From the human T2T-CHM13v2.0 reference genome, Homo sapiens: a DNA stretch of 64,000 nucleotides. Below, in pieces: positions 42,902 through 56,969 of the stretch (the stretch's first letter is position 1; each line of letters begins with the position of its first letter). The notes below the pieces were generated by a model, which saw nothing but the letters and a program-made list of their open reading frames with translations, was not told where the DNA came from and did not search any database. Made by a program: the position numbers and the translations under genes. The DNA lies in assembly GCF_009914755.1 (NCBI RefSeq), contig NC_060925.1; one strand, written 5' to 3'.

Positions 42902-43343
42902 TGTATTAGTTTTTCTTGTTGTACTGTAACAAATTAACACAAATTTAGTAACTCTAAACAACACAAATTTATTCTCTTAGAATTCTGGAAGTCAGAAGTC
43001 TGAAATGAGTCTTGCAGGGCTAAAATCAAAGTGTTGGCAGCACAGTTCCTTCTGGAGGCTCTAGACAGAATCCTTTCCTTGTCTCTCCCAGCTTCTCAAG
43101 GCTGCCCACATTCCTTGGCTCACAGCCATGTCACTCCAATCTCTGCTTCTGTTGTGACATCACATTCTTCATACTTTCAAACTCCTACCTCCCTTTTATA
43201 AGGACACTGTGTTTACACTGGAACCACCTAGATAATGCAGGATAATTTACCCATCTCAAGAACCTAATTGCACATGCAAAGTCCTTTTGCCATGTAAAAT
43301 AACATATTCACCTGACAGTCAGGGCTTGGACATCTTTGAGGAA
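42902..43343 (-). mobile_element. MLT1C/D-like MaLR solo LTR
   Basis: tgtattagttt...aacaacacaaatttattctctt..ttctggaagtcagaagtctgaaat...cagcctattaca. Flanks tttga / tttgg. Confidence 0.85.
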
Positions 43344-43483
43344 CAATTTTTCAGCCTATTACATTTGGCAATCTGTGTAAAAATCACACAAGAATCTATT
43401 TATGTGAAGATTTTGGATTTTAAATTAAGCAGGAAGGGAGAAATTGTATGAATTGGCCATGGGAGTGAGCTAACAGAGAAGAC

Positions 43484-43900
43484 TGTATTTGTCAGGTTCT
43501 CCACAGAAACAGAAACAATAGGATGGAGACAGAAGAATATGGGAGAAGAAAGTGAGCAAGAGAAAAATATTTATTTTAAAAGATTAGTGCACATAATTTT
43601 AGAGGCTGGCAAGTTCAAAATATGCAGAGCAGCCTGGCAGGCTGGGAATTCCAGCAGGAGTCAATGCTGCAGGCTTAAGTAGAAGGCAGTTGGGAGGCAG
43701 AATGCTTTCCTCTTCTGAGGACCTCAGTCCTCAGTCTTTTATCTTAAGGTCTTCATCTGATTGGATGAGGCCAACCCACATTATGGAGAGTAATGTGGTT
43801 TATTCAGTCTACTGATTTAAATCTAAAAAATACATTCAAATACATTGACAGTAACTTCTGGACTGCTGCTTGAACAGCAGCTGAGCACCATACACTGAAT
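43484..43900 (-). mobile_element. MLT2 (MLT2D-like) ERVL LTR
   Basis: caggttctccacagaaacaga...gaggctggcaagttcaaaat...ctgattggatgaggccaacccacattatggag. Confidence 0.8.
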
Positions 43901-45934
43901 TGTCTGTCCATCCAACCAATTACCTAAGGAGAGGAGTTGCTATAGAAGAAAGTAGAGTTATCTACATAAGAAATTTAAGACATATTTTCATAAAGTATAA
44001 AACTGACATGAGGAGGCTGAAGTGAATATAAAATCACTTTGGCACCTTAAGCATTTGGAGGCCTTGAGAACATTGGGACATAAATTTTGGTGTGGACTTT
44101 CACATTCTTTTAGTAAGATGAATCTCTTTTAAATAGCTTATCTAACTAAGAATATCAATGAAAAGTAGCCCAGGTATGAGATAAAGCCAGTGCTGAGAGG
44201 ATGATTCCTGAACACATGTGAAACAGCCCCTGAAAACTCTCAATTACTTGAGGGAGATTCTGAAAGTTCCTAGGTGTCCTTTGCAGATTGCAGGAAATAA
44301 CAAAAAAATTATTAATATACTGTAAATATTAAAGTGATCCAATCTATATCTGTACGGTGAAAATGCCTAAGAAAATTCAAGTTACTATTATTTGTCCCAC
44401 CATTAAGCAGGAAGCTATTTGATTATTGTCTGTTCTTACTCACCACTGTATCTTAGTGGTAATTCATAAATATGTGTTGAATGAATGAGTTAGTCAGTGA
44501 ATTAGTAAGAAGAGAATAAGGTAAGAGAGAAGAAAATGAAAACAACTAAAGTCATTATAAATGGCGAGAAGTTTGATGGTAAGTTATATTCAGCTTTTGG
44601 TATACTCTCATATTTCCCAGGCTCACAATTATTGTCATGCAAGATGCCAAGGAACGCATGGAAAATGGCACCACACACAAAGTGATATGCATCAGAGTTC
44701 TTGCATTTAAATATTAAAGCATAGAAAATCACTGTCAAATTCTAGCATGTCGATGTGTCTGGTTGAAAGGGATAGCAGACTGAATCTTGTCATTATCTCC
44801 TGCTGTGCATCAGAAGCTACATACCCATTGTAGAGTCCAGTCCCCTCTCAAGCTTGTGGTTCTGGGAGCTTCCTTTAAGATAACAGCAGGTGTTTTGTTT
44901 TTAAGCACAGGGAAAAAAGACAATTTTAAATAGTTAAGTTGATGATACTTTTAAGAGAGAAACTGCATAGAAGAAAGTAAAGTGGTCCAATATCTTTGTT
45001 TGTGGGGATTATATATATTCAGGGGATTGAAAAATACAAGAAGACACAAAATGCATGTGACAGATAAGAGAGGAACCAGGAGAGTTCGTATAAGAAAAAA
45101 TAGGAAGAGAAATGGTTTTAAGAAGGAGGAAGAAATGAAAAGGGTTGAATGCTGCAGAAGGATTAGAGAAGATGATAAATTAGAAATGTGTTTACCATTT
45201 AATTAACAAAATATACTAACAGATAAAGTAATGTCCCTGAGGAGATGGAAGGAGAATGATGTAAAGCAGGTAGAAAGGTTATCTTTGGACAAATCATAGG
45301 CAGGAGGAAGTGATGGAAGTCTGGGAATTCAATGTATGAAGATCCCATTGAAGCAGGAAATTGATAGAGAAGGTAAAAGAACTTCACACTGGTAACTTGA
45401 AATAAAAGAAATAATGAGAGAATATGCTGAAAGTGAAGAAGTTGCAAAAAAACCTATTGAATCAGCTGCCATAATATGAAATGCTGTTATTAGAGCATGT
45501 CTTCTCAGATTCCAAGTCTGCTAATGAGAGTAGGCTGTGGCATAGTTTTGACTATGGGGTAGAGGTAAAGGAATACAGATTTCTAAAATATATCAGTAGG
45601 AGAAATTAATTGTAGGAGGTTCCACAGTGACATTTCAGGTTTTGGGATTGCCATCAAATGTATTCATTCATCCATCAATCCAATTCAGTAGGTATTCATT
45701 GACTTCTTGAGTAGTTACTTCAAACCTAATGATATGTTAGAATGATGAGCGAAAGTAGACATAACCTCTAACCTTATAAGCCTTTTTTATGTGAAAGGGG
45801 AATGGGGGAACAGGATATTAATAATAATGGCATAAATGAATGTAAAACATTAACATTTATAAGTTCTTTAAGGAAATATGAGAGTGATGTATGGGAAGAT
45901 AAAGCCAGGGGTTTTGAAGAGTCAGGGAAATCAT

Positions 45935-48900
45935 TTAATAAAAAGATTATATCAATTCTCTGCCATTTCTTTCAGAAGATAGAAGCAGAGGAAATACTTT
46001 CTAATGAATTCTTTGAGACTAGTATTTCCATAATATCAAAACCAGACTAAGACAATGCAAGAAATAAAACTAGATACCAGTATCTCTCATGATAGACACA
46101 TAGATAGATCCAAAAATCTTCACAAATTATTAGCAAATCAAATTCAATAATATGTAAACAGAATTATATATCATAATGAAGTGGAACTGATCCCAGGTAT
46201 GCAAACCTGGTTCAACATTCAAAAATTAGTTAATGTAATTTTATCACTTCAATAGGCTGAAGAAGTAAAACACAGGATCATATCGATAGATACAGAAAAA
46301 GAATCAGGTGACAAAATCCAACATCCATTCACAGTAAAAATTATCAGTAAATTAGGAAGAGAGGAAAACACCTTCAAATTGATTGAGAACATCTGTAAAA
46401 AAAAAACCTACAGCTAACATCACACTTAATGGTAGCAAACGCAAAGCTTTCCCACTAAAATCAGGAACAAGGAAAGGATGTCCCATTTCACTCTGATTCT
46501 TCAATATGCTATTGGAAGTTCTAGATAATTCAGAGTCAACAAGAAAAGAAAAGTGAAACAAGAAATAAAATTGTTCACAGATGACATGGTTATCCATGTA
46601 GAAAATCTGAAGGAATTTACAAAAATAGTAAATAAACCTAGAATCAATAAATGATTACAAAAAGGTTGCAGGATGTAAGGTCAGTATGCAAAAGTCAACC
46701 ACTTCCCTGTATACCAGCAATAAAAAAGTAGAATTTGAAATTAGGAAACAATGCTATTTATATTAATAGTATCTAAAAAATAACATATAAGAAGCACATG
46801 AAAAAACTCTAAATCTCTTAATTAAAAAACTAAATAAATGGAGAGAGAGCTCATATTTATAGATAGAAGGCAATATTATCAACATGTCAGTTCTTCCCAG
46901 CTTATTTCTAGATTAAATGAATCCCAATCAAAATTCACAGAAAGTTATTTTGTGGATATTGACAAATGCCTCTTAAGTTTATATGAAGAGGCAAAAGACC
47001 CTCCATAGATAACAAAATATTGAAGGAGAACAAATTTGTAGGACTAATACAACCAGATTTCAAGACTTCCTATAGAGCTACAGTAATCAAGGCAGTGTGA
47101 TATTGGAGAATTGATTAATTGATCTATGGAATAAAAAAAGAAAGCCCAGAAATGGACTCAAATAAATATAATCAGCTAATCTTTGACAAAGAGTTAAAGG
47201 CAATACAATGGAGAAAAAAAGTATTTTCAACAAATGGAAATGGAACAATTAAGCATCCACATGCAAAAAAAAAAAAAGAGAGAGAGAATTTAGACACAAA
47301 TCTTATGACCTTCTCAAAAACTCAAAATGGATTGCAGATCTTAATATAATATGCAGAACTATAAACTCCAAGAAGATAACATAGGAGAAAATGTTGATGT
47401 CACTGATTTTGATGATGACTTTGTAGATACAATGCCAAAGGCACAATCTATGGAAGAATGGTAAACTGGACTTCATTAAAATTAAAATTTTCTGCTCTGT
47501 GAGAGGCAGTCAAGATAATAAAAAATTCAAAAAAATGAGCTACAGACTAGGAGAAAATATTGCAGAAGACACATCTATTGGACAAAGGACTTGTCAAAAA
47601 TATTCAAAGAGCTCTTAAAACTCAACAAGAAGGAGAAAAAAAAAACCCTGATTTTAAAAAAAAGACTTAACAGTCTGGGTTCAGTAGCTCATGTTTGTAA
47701 TCCCAGGACTTTGAGAGGCCAAGGAAGCAAAATCTCTTGAGCTCAGAAGTTTGAGACCCACCTGGGCAAAATAGTGCATCCTTGTCTCTACTAAAAATCA
47801 AAAAAATTAGCCAGGCATGGTGGCATGCGCCTGTAGTCCCAGCTACTGAGGAGGCTGTGGTGGGAGGATCACTTGAGCCTAGGAAGATCGCTTGATACCA
47901 GGAGGTAAAGGCTGTGGTAAGCTGTGATTACACCACTGCACTCCAGCCTGGGCAGTAGAGCAAAATTCTGTCTCAAAAAAGTCATATATATATTATATAT
48001 ATATAAATTATATATATAATATATATAAAATTATATAAATATAATATGTATAAAATTCTGCTCTGTGAGAAGCAGAATTATATAAAAATTATATATTTAT
48101 AAAATATATATAAATTATATATATAATATATATATAACCTATATATGGTGGGTATATATATATATATATGCACCTTAACAGACATCACCAGAGCAGCTAT
48201 GCAGATGGCAAATAAGCATATGAAAAGATGTTCCACATCATTTGTCATCAGGAAAATGCAAATTGAAACAAGAATAAGATACCACTACACATCTATTAGA
48301 ATGACCAAAACCGAGAAACACTGACAACACCAAATGCTAGTGAGGATGAGAAGCATAAGGAACTGTCATTCATTGCTGGTAAGAATGCAAACGGTACAGC
48401 CACTTGGGAAGGCAGGTTGGCAGTTTCTTATAAAACTAAACATATTCTTACCACATAACCCAGCAATCACACTACTTGATATGTACTTGAAGGAGTTGAA
48501 AAAGTATTTCCACACAAAAACCTGCACTTTATAGCAGGTTTATTTATAATTGCCAAAACTTAGAAGCAACCCCAAATATCCTTCATTAATCCAACCAGTG
48601 AAATATAAGTTAGGACTAAAAATTGATCTGTCTAGCTCTGGAAAGACAAGAAGGAAACTTTAAATATATATTACCACATGAAAGAAGCCAATCTGAAAGG
48701 CTACATATGTATGATTCCAATTATATAACATGCTGAAAAAGGCAAAACTATGAAGGTAGCAAAAAGATCAGTGGTTGATAGGATTTTAGGGAATGTAGGG
48801 AGGTTACTTCAGGCAGTGAAACTACTCTGTATGATACATTTGTGTAGACCCATAGGATATACAACACCAAGAATGAATCCTAATGGAAAATATGTGTGCT

Positions 48901-49070
48901 GGGTGATAATGATGTGTCAATGCTGGTCATCAGTTGTAAGAAATGCACCACTCTGATTGGGAATGTTGATAACAGGGGAGGCTATGTATGTGTAGGGACA
49001 GAGGATATATGGGAAATGTCTCAATTTTGTTATGAACCTAAAACTACTCTAAAAAAATAAAATATATCAA
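45935..49070 (+). mobile_element. L1MC1/2-like element (ORF2 3' half plus 3' UTR)
   Basis: ttcagaagatagaagcagagg ORF2 through a 3' UTR with tgttgataacagggggaggctatg...gaacctaaaactactctaaaaaaataaa. Confidence 0.85.
47672..47980 (+). mobile_element. AluJ SINE with AT-rich expanded tail (to ~48170)
   Basis: ggaggatcacttgagcctagga and agcctgggca are AluJ-type. Flanks cttaacag on both sides. Confidence 0.88.
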
Positions 49071-50149
49071 ATAAATTTTCTAAAAATGTTATTGGGGACT
49101 TCTTCCATGATGAGGCTATAGAGGTAGATAGGGGTCAAATCAGTCCAGGTCATAGGGAAATTTTGTCATAAATCAGAAGATAATAAATAGAAACTACCTT
49201 GATCAGGTTTACATTTTTGAAAAGGTCATTCTGTCTGCAATGTGAAGATTAATGTGGAGGGGGTGCCAAAATAAATGGAATTTAGACCAATAGAAAAGTT
49301 ATTGCAGGATAGAGGTGATTGTAAATTAGAAAAGGTAGTGATGACGAGAACAGTAAGTGCATAAGAGATATTTAGAAGCAAAGTCAAAAATCTTGTTGAT
49401 GCATTGAACATTTCATATGTGACCCTCACTTGATTAGTAGACACACTGATGATTATTGCATCTGTGTGTGTATGGATGCTGTAGTCATATTTACACGCTA
49501 ACAAATTACTACCAATAAATTACAGCATGAATTTCCCTCAACCTTAAGAAGAGATGGAATGTTCATAATGAGGAAGAAGTCTTCTGATTTTCTAAATAGG
49601 TAGGTATCAGGGTATTATGTGAATTTGACAACAAAATTCACAGATTATGTAACTTGCTTTGCACTGTCATTGAGTCTGCAAGCTAGTGAACAATGTGATC
49701 ATTTATTCTAAAAGGAATAAGCACCCAACCAAATCAGAGAGCTGAGTAATGGCTCCAGTAATATTCTCATCAGAACTCATTCTGGCATCAAACTAAGTTC
49801 CCCAGACAAATTACTAAGTTTTACACATAAATTTTTTCTTCTCCATATTTCTCTCAGCCAAAGCTTTATTCCAACTTACTTTAAATTTCTTTCCTGTTTT
49901 TCTTTTCTTCCATAAAGTAAATGCCAGTACTTTCACCTCGAAGTGACTTCTCCATTTTATTGTCTTTTAAGAAATTCTCCTCATCTCCAATAGTCTATTT
50001 TGGTACTGAAAATGAAGTTAGGAAAAAAAATCATTTTCGATTTTAAGCTCTCCGAGAGAACTTTGCCTACCTTTTTTCTCCACAATATCCCTAAAACGTA
50101 TTCTAATGCTGGGGATATTATCAGTATTTAATAAATTATTGTTGAATAA

Positions 50150-50460
50150 ATAATAAATACATTACTGAATGAAGTTAACATAAGTATCATTTTCTCATAT
50201 CAACCTTCCCCAATCCCTTATAATAGGTCATGTCCCCTATTAATCACCTTTAAGTCCCCATTCTTCTCCTTCATGGCACCACTCACCATTGTAATTAAGT
50301 TATAAACTGGGTAATTGGTTGTTTAATTTATATTTTCTAGCATACTTTGAGCTCCATGAGAGCAGGTACCACTCTGCCCCTATTCACTGATATCTGCTCT
50401 GTGCTTAAAACTGACTGAAACACAGAAATCGTGAAATGAATATTTGTTGTAAATTAATAC
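50150..50460 (+). mobile_element. L2 3' end
   Basis: gagctccatgagagcagg...tattcactgatatct...gaatatttgttg. Confidence 0.6.
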
Positions 50461-50519
50461 ATAGTAAACAATGTAATTAAGGAATATGAAAAATCTTAGA
50501 TGAGAGAAGCAATTTGCAG

Positions 50520-50670
50520 CTTCAGATTCATGTCTATTTTTCAGTTGAGGAAATGGAGACCCAGAGAAGTTAAGTGACTTGCTCAGTGTTTCATAGATAA
50601 TAAGTTGTCAGAGCTGTATTTTAATCCCAGTTCCCTCCAACTCCATAGCCTGTGCTTTGAAATGGAAACA
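50520..50670 (-). mobile_element. MIR SINE
   Basis: tgaggaaatggagacccagagaagttaagtgacttgctcag. Confidence 0.7.
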
Positions 50671-51994
50671 TTGTGCCACGCTGCACCATTTAAGCAATGA
50701 TATATTCATTTAAAGCACCAGAGATCACATTTTAGGGAGAGAAAAAGTTTGTAGTATGAGATGAATCAATCAGCCATATGGAAGGAGGAAAAAAAGAGCA
50801 GGCTAAAAAGCTTCCTTTCACTTTGTACAATATGAATTGTCACAGGAATCAAATTTGGCACATACTGTAAAGCCAAGAAAAAAATTATCCCACATTGGAT
50901 GTAAAATGTGACTTGCATTTTATCTATGTTTCTGAAATTCAGAAAGGATACCAGAAGACTTGTGGAGCTGAGGGCATGAAGTTTTGATGATAGGCTTTTT
51001 ATGCACTTATCCCCAGGCAGCTAGAGGAGGACCTGAAAAATTGAAGCCGACCTCAGACATAATGAATACATTAAATGATGAAGCGTCTGGTCAGGGTCAG
51101 GCAGCCTCCTTGAAGAGAGTAGATGTGTCTCAGGACATTGAGTCTCCAGACAGAGGCAGGGGCAAGGAAATGGCCTATCAGGGCATAAAACATTTACATC
51201 TGTTCTTCTTCTGTCACTTCTCTTTGAGGTTGTTTCCCTTGCCTTCAGCAACATCGCAGGTTCACAACCAGATTCTTATGCCTGCTAATTAGAAGAGAGG
51301 TCTAACAGCAGCGATCAAGTCTCCACCTGCAACTGGCACCTAATTCTAACACTATCAAATAGATAATGGAAATTATGGATCATTAATTATTAACTCTATC
51401 TAACCTGCCACATTCAAGTTCCACAGATTGTCACTTCCCATATGGCTGTGCAGTCAAGGCTTTGCACTGTGGAATCCTTAGTACCCAACCTTCTAACAGG
51501 TCCTTATCACAGAATTTCACATATCAAAGGCATTTTCGATTTCCAAGTGGAACACACAGCCCACGCACTAATCCTCTTTAAAAAAAAATCTGTCTCAAAA
51601 TCTCATCCAGCCTGTGTTACAATCCCGTGATTGGGAGTCACCACCTCACGAGGCAACCTCATTCTGTTTTTAGGATAGGTAAAATCGCTAGAAAAATCTT
51701 CTGTGGTTAAACCAAAATCGAGTTCTTTGTGGCCTTCTGCTGCCGTGGCTTCCTCTGCTCTACAGAATTTCATCAATTCTTCATCTACATTGTATGCCAT
51801 GTTGTAAAAAACATGGCATCCTAAAAAGAGTTCTGGAATCTTACAAACATGAGCTCAAATGTTAATTCTGGAAGTAAGAAACATTTTTTATTTCTCAAAC
51901 TCAATTCCCTCACCTGTACAATGAGGATAACACCTCATGGAATTGCTGCTATACTTAAAAGAGTTAAATGCTACCTAGTGCCAATGGGTAGACT

Positions 51995-52212
51995 TGAATG
52001 GTAAAGAGCATGAAGTCTGGAACCAGGCTGCTTGGTTTGAACTTTGGCCCCTAACACTTACTAGCTGTGTGACCTTGGGAAAGCTACTCAAGCTCTCTGG
52101 TCTCCTTTTTATCATATTTACTCTGGTCTCCTTTTTATCATATTTACAATAGCTATAAGGAAAGTAACATGTCTTATCTCAGAGGGTTGTTTGGAAGATT
52201 CATAAGTTAATA
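51995..52212 (+). mobile_element. MIR SINE with a perfect 26-bp tandem duplication
   Basis: cacttactagctgtgtgaccttgggaaag core; ctctggtctcctttttatcatattta repeated twice at 52095-52146. Confidence 0.75.
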
Positions 52213-52987
52213 TGTTAGGTCCAGTTTCAGTCAGGGTAAGCTAACTGCTGTATCAAAGGAAAAGCCCCAAATCCTAGAGCCCTATGACAAAAAAAGACTT
52301 ATTTCTTGCTGTTGTCACTATAAAACTGGACAATTCAAGGATACAGTCTTCTTCTACCTGGGAGCATCATTGTCCCACAGGACCTTGGCATCTTCCACTG
52401 TATTCTCTGTTTTCGATACAGGTAATCACAACACAGAAGAGTGAAGAAGGACACAGGCTCTTAGCCACCATGGCCTAAAACTGTCCCACACCTCTTCAAC
52501 TCACATCCTACTGTCCACAACCAGTCATCAGTCATGTGCAACGTTCACACATAAAAGCCCTGGAAAATGAAGGCCAGTGATTTGCCTAGGAAAAGTAGTA
52601 AGTAGATTTGGTGCCAGTCACAGGTGGAGACTCGATTGCTGCTATTAGACCTCTGTTCTAAATAGCAGGCATAAGGAACAGTAAGTGGGTTTGGTTTGGT
52701 GGTTCCTCATACATCATGGTTGAGGGTCTTTCATCAGTTCTTAGACTTGATAATGTCACCAACATTTTGGATCCTAACCAGTGCAAAGTGTATTGTTTTA
52801 GTTTTTGGTATGCACACAACATAGATACATATCAATTGGTTCATTTTTCAATATCTTTATTGTTCTTTATCTTATGTTTTAAAAATGGAGAAAGCCTTAT
52901 AAAGGAAGGAAATTCTGACACATGCTACAACATATATGAATGTAAAAGACGTTATATTAAGTGAAATATATATATGTCTTTGCCACA
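52213..52987 (-). mobile_element. Old MLT1 (K/L-like) LTR, apparently split by an insertion at ~52614-52975
   Basis: taagctaactgctgtatcaaa...ctcacatcctactgtccacaaccagtca...gatttggtg, with terminus gtctttgccaca at 52976-52987. Confidence 0.45.
52707..52968 (+). repeat. Composite copy of 53151-53323 and 53544-53635
   Basis: Alignable by eye at roughly 85-90% identity, with the two donor segments fused at 52877-52878. Confidence 0.9.
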
Positions 52988-53559
52988 AGGACTGAGAAGA
53001 GTGCCTAACACTTTAACACACACTGTTAAGTGTGGGTTATTATTATTACCACGCCATGTGTTAATAGTAACTACAGCAATTATAATTAAAATAGTTCTTG
53101 ATACTTAAAATGTCATATTTGCTGGACTAGGCATTCTTTTTGTCATTTTTTCATACATCATGGTTCAGAGTCTTTCATCAGTTCTCAGACTTTATAGTGT
53201 TACCATCATCTTGGATCCTAACCAATGCAAACTGTATTGCTTTTCGTTTTTAGTATGCACACAATATAGACTCATATCAATTGGTTGCTTTTTTAATATC
53301 TTTATTTTTCTTCATCTTATGTTGTCCCTGAATCCATGCCTTGCATTTAACTAAGACTTAGCTTCAGGACATGCCATTGATCAGAGATTTCAAAATATGA
53401 GTTTTGACTCGTGGGTGAGACAAGGATATTTCAGTGAATCTAAAATGTGTTTCTATAATGGAATAGAAAAAATATATATATATATGTATAGCTTGTTGTT
53501 AGGTTTAAATGAGTTTGTATATGTAAATCATTAGAACACTAAATTTTCAAAATGAAGAA

Positions 53560-53910
53560 AACCTTATAAAGGAATGAAATTCTGACATATGTTACAACAT
53601 GTATGAATCTAGAAGACATTATATTAAGTGAAATAAACCAATCACAAGAGAATAAATATTATATGATTCCACTTATATGAGGTCAAGAGCAGTCAAGTTC
53701 ACAGAGACAGCAAGTAAAATGGTGGTTGCCAGGGAATGGAGTCATGGGGAATTATTGTTGAATGGGTACAAAGTTTCAATTTAGGAAAATTAAAAATATT
53801 CTAGAGATGGATGGGGTGGTAGCTGCTCAATATATGAATATGCTTAATGCTACTGAACTGTGTGTTTAAACATGGTTAAAATGGTCAATTTTATGTTATT
53901 TTAACAAAAG
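53560..53910 (+). mobile_element. L1MB-like 3' end
   Basis: ccttataaaggaatgaaattctgacat...atgattccacttatatgagg...atgctactgaactgtgtgtttaaacatggttaaaatgg. Confidence 0.85.
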
Positions 53911-56900
53911 AAGAAAAAATGGACAAAAATCAGAATACGTTAAAAATATGAGTGCCTCACACTAGAGTAAGGTAGGTATTATTTTACGAAACATTTATTT
54001 CATATATATGTGCACTTACCAATGAAGTAAATGAATTTCTTAGTATAGGTCAAAGTTAAATAAAAGCTACTATTCCAGAGAACAATTATCACAACAACAC
54101 GATAAAGCATATGCATTATTTTTTGAGCAGAGTTGTCCTTGCTGAATCTAAAATTCATAACAATTGTTGTTTTTGAAATTCCAAAAATTGTTGTAGCAGT
54201 GCACACACACACAACCCCCACTGCCGCTACCACCACTTTCCACTTATACCAATAACTCCATGCTCTCACATTTTTAAAGATTTGACTATGCTATCTGTCC
54301 CTCCCTTCCCTCCTGATCATTCTTCCCTTCCTTTATGGATCAACTTAAATGTTGTTCACATGCAAGCTTTTTTTGACTTGACCTCTGTCTGTGATAAGAG
54401 AAAAACATACTCCTCTAAGATAGCATTTATTATTTTATTTGTAAAACTTGTTTAATTTTTTCCCCACTGAGTTATAATCTCAGAAGAAAGTGTTTATCTT
54501 GCTCACCACAAAATCTCCAGGATTTATCAGAGTGTCCAGAAGACACTATTGTATGTTTAAAAATTGTTAATGGATGAATGAATGATGACTGAATAAAGAC
54601 ACAGAGCTACCTCAGTAACAACTTCAAATTAAAAGATATATAGCATATACTGTTAGATAGCCTAGAATAAATATTAATTTCATATTTATCCTGTGCCTTT
54701 TTACTTCTCTGTGGTCTTTCCTTAATAATGTAGATACTTATTTCATAGTTATTGATGGTCCCTTCTTTCAATATGAGAGTAAGGAACTTGGAGTAAAAAG
54801 AATGTATGCAATGAAACTGTTAAAGCCTTTTTTAGAGAAATGAAACACAAACATAAGAATGACAGCTCATACACAGTGAAATTGAGCTTCCCTTTTACCT
54901 CTGTGTTTTATGGCAGCCGCAGATGCCTGAAATTACAGATGTGCCTATAAACCCCCAACACGCTAAAACCTTTAGTTGCTCCTTTGAAGGTGTCATTTGT
55001 ATAGCTACATCTTTAAAAGGTGGCAATTTTTCCTATATCCTGAAAACACTCACCCATTAAGCCCTGTTGTATTGCTCTTACCTTCTTGCTATTATCATAT
55101 TACTCTTTATTCTTGACATCCAATCTATCGAAAGTGAGAGACTTGCTGTGCTGTTTCCATTCACGTGCTGCCAGGTTGCTGGGGACGAGGATAATCTGTC
55201 ATTTTGGGTCAGGAGGGAGGCTGGAAACAGTTAGATGAATAGTGAGTCATGGTCTTTGCTTTTATGATTTTTTCCATTTTGAACTAACTTTCAGACTTTT
55301 TATTACTGTTGTTAGTCCACTGTTACTTCTACAGGATATTCTATAAAGAACAAAAAAGAATAAACTTTGGATTATTCATTTTCACTATCAAATAAACCTA
55401 TCATGGTTATTTAAAGTGCAATTTGGTTCTCTGAAGACATTTTCTACATCACATTTAGGATCTTCTGCTAACACAGGAAGTTAATTTGCTTTTCCTTCAC
55501 TCAAGGTATTGACAAATAGTAATGAAAACTAGCTCTTGGACCACCCCTGCCACATATCATCAATAAACAGCTAACCATTGACAAGTCTGCCATTGAAACA
55601 AAATTCGGAATATATGTCCCCTCACCCAGGAAATTCCAGCTTTGAGGAGTTAGAGTAGGAACCAGAAGCTACTAGTATCTTTTGTAATTAGCAAGTCACT
55701 ATCACATACTCTAATTAAATCACATGATCCCCAGGACCCTTAGAAGCAAATGATTTACTCCAAAATTAAAGGCTCTTTTCTATCCAGCATTGTATATCTA
55801 TATTCCAGCCTTGAAAAGACACCACAATTAGATGTAAAAATTGCTTGTGAAAATTACTTACTGTGTACATTGTTAGGTAAACTGTTTATAGAAATAAAAG
55901 ATACACATTCCTATGAATCTGTAGAAGTATTGTCTGGCTAGAATAATGAGAACATAGTTCAAACAAGAAGAATTTGGTTTTGATTAGGAAAAGAACAAAG
56001 TCCAAATAAGAATGTCATACCCATTGATATAAGTGGACAGTGATATTCTGGTACCAAAGATGCAATAAGTGAGCAAGAGGTCAAGTCCGGAAGAACCTAG
56101 GACTCGGTAACCAGAACTGTGAACTTCAGGAGAGCTGAGGCGATACTGGAGCTAAGCCAGGAAGGATAAGGAGCTTTTGCACTTCTGTTCCTCTGCATGG
56201 AATGTTCTTCCTTACACCATTGCATGAATCTCCTTTTTATTCTTCAGTTCTCAGTTCAAATACTTCCTCAGAAAGACCTTTTCCGACAACCCTGTTACTA
56301 TACTGTCAGTACAGAAGACTTGCTTTATATCATTGCCAGTTCCTTTTTTCATAGCTACAACACATCTTCAATTATCTTATTTTGAATTTTACTTGCTTTT
56401 ATTTACCTCTTTTTGAATGGTTTTTAAGTTTTATAAGATCAAGGACCTTCTCTATCATCCCCACAGACCAGAATATAATATGACAATGCACGAAGGAGGT
56501 GCCCAGGAAATACTGTGGCATGAAAGAAGGAAGGAAGGAAGACATTCATACGTCCCTTGTATAGACATTGGCATGCACACTACATATATAATCGAATTCT
56601 TCTCAAATTTGTCTTGATTAGACACAGTTCCTCTCAATAGAAGATAATGCAATGCATCAATTCCATCCTCAACTATCTGGAATCCCTTGCCATATAAAGG
56701 ATGCTCTATTGCTGCAAAAAGCCTCATTTAGTCTTCATGATATTCTGTGGCAGTGGTGTTATTACTTATCCTGGAGATGAGGAAAGTTACAAACAGGACA
56801 TGAACTGAGATTTTCTATCTCTAAATCTCTTGCTCTTTCCTCCAAACTAAATTCTTAGCTTCTCAGTATCTGTGGTACTGAAATAAAAGAAATACAAATG

Positions 56901-56969
56901 TTGGTTGTACACTAATCTCCTTTTGCCTTTGTTTTTCTTTCTCCTGGCTTTTATGTATCTAGAAGTATA

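Noticed and set aside
54880-55260. TTTTATGG, CACGTG and TGAGTCA motifs in a non-repeat stretch
   Set aside because: Short motifs are expected by chance; an enhancer cannot be called without conservation or chromatin data.
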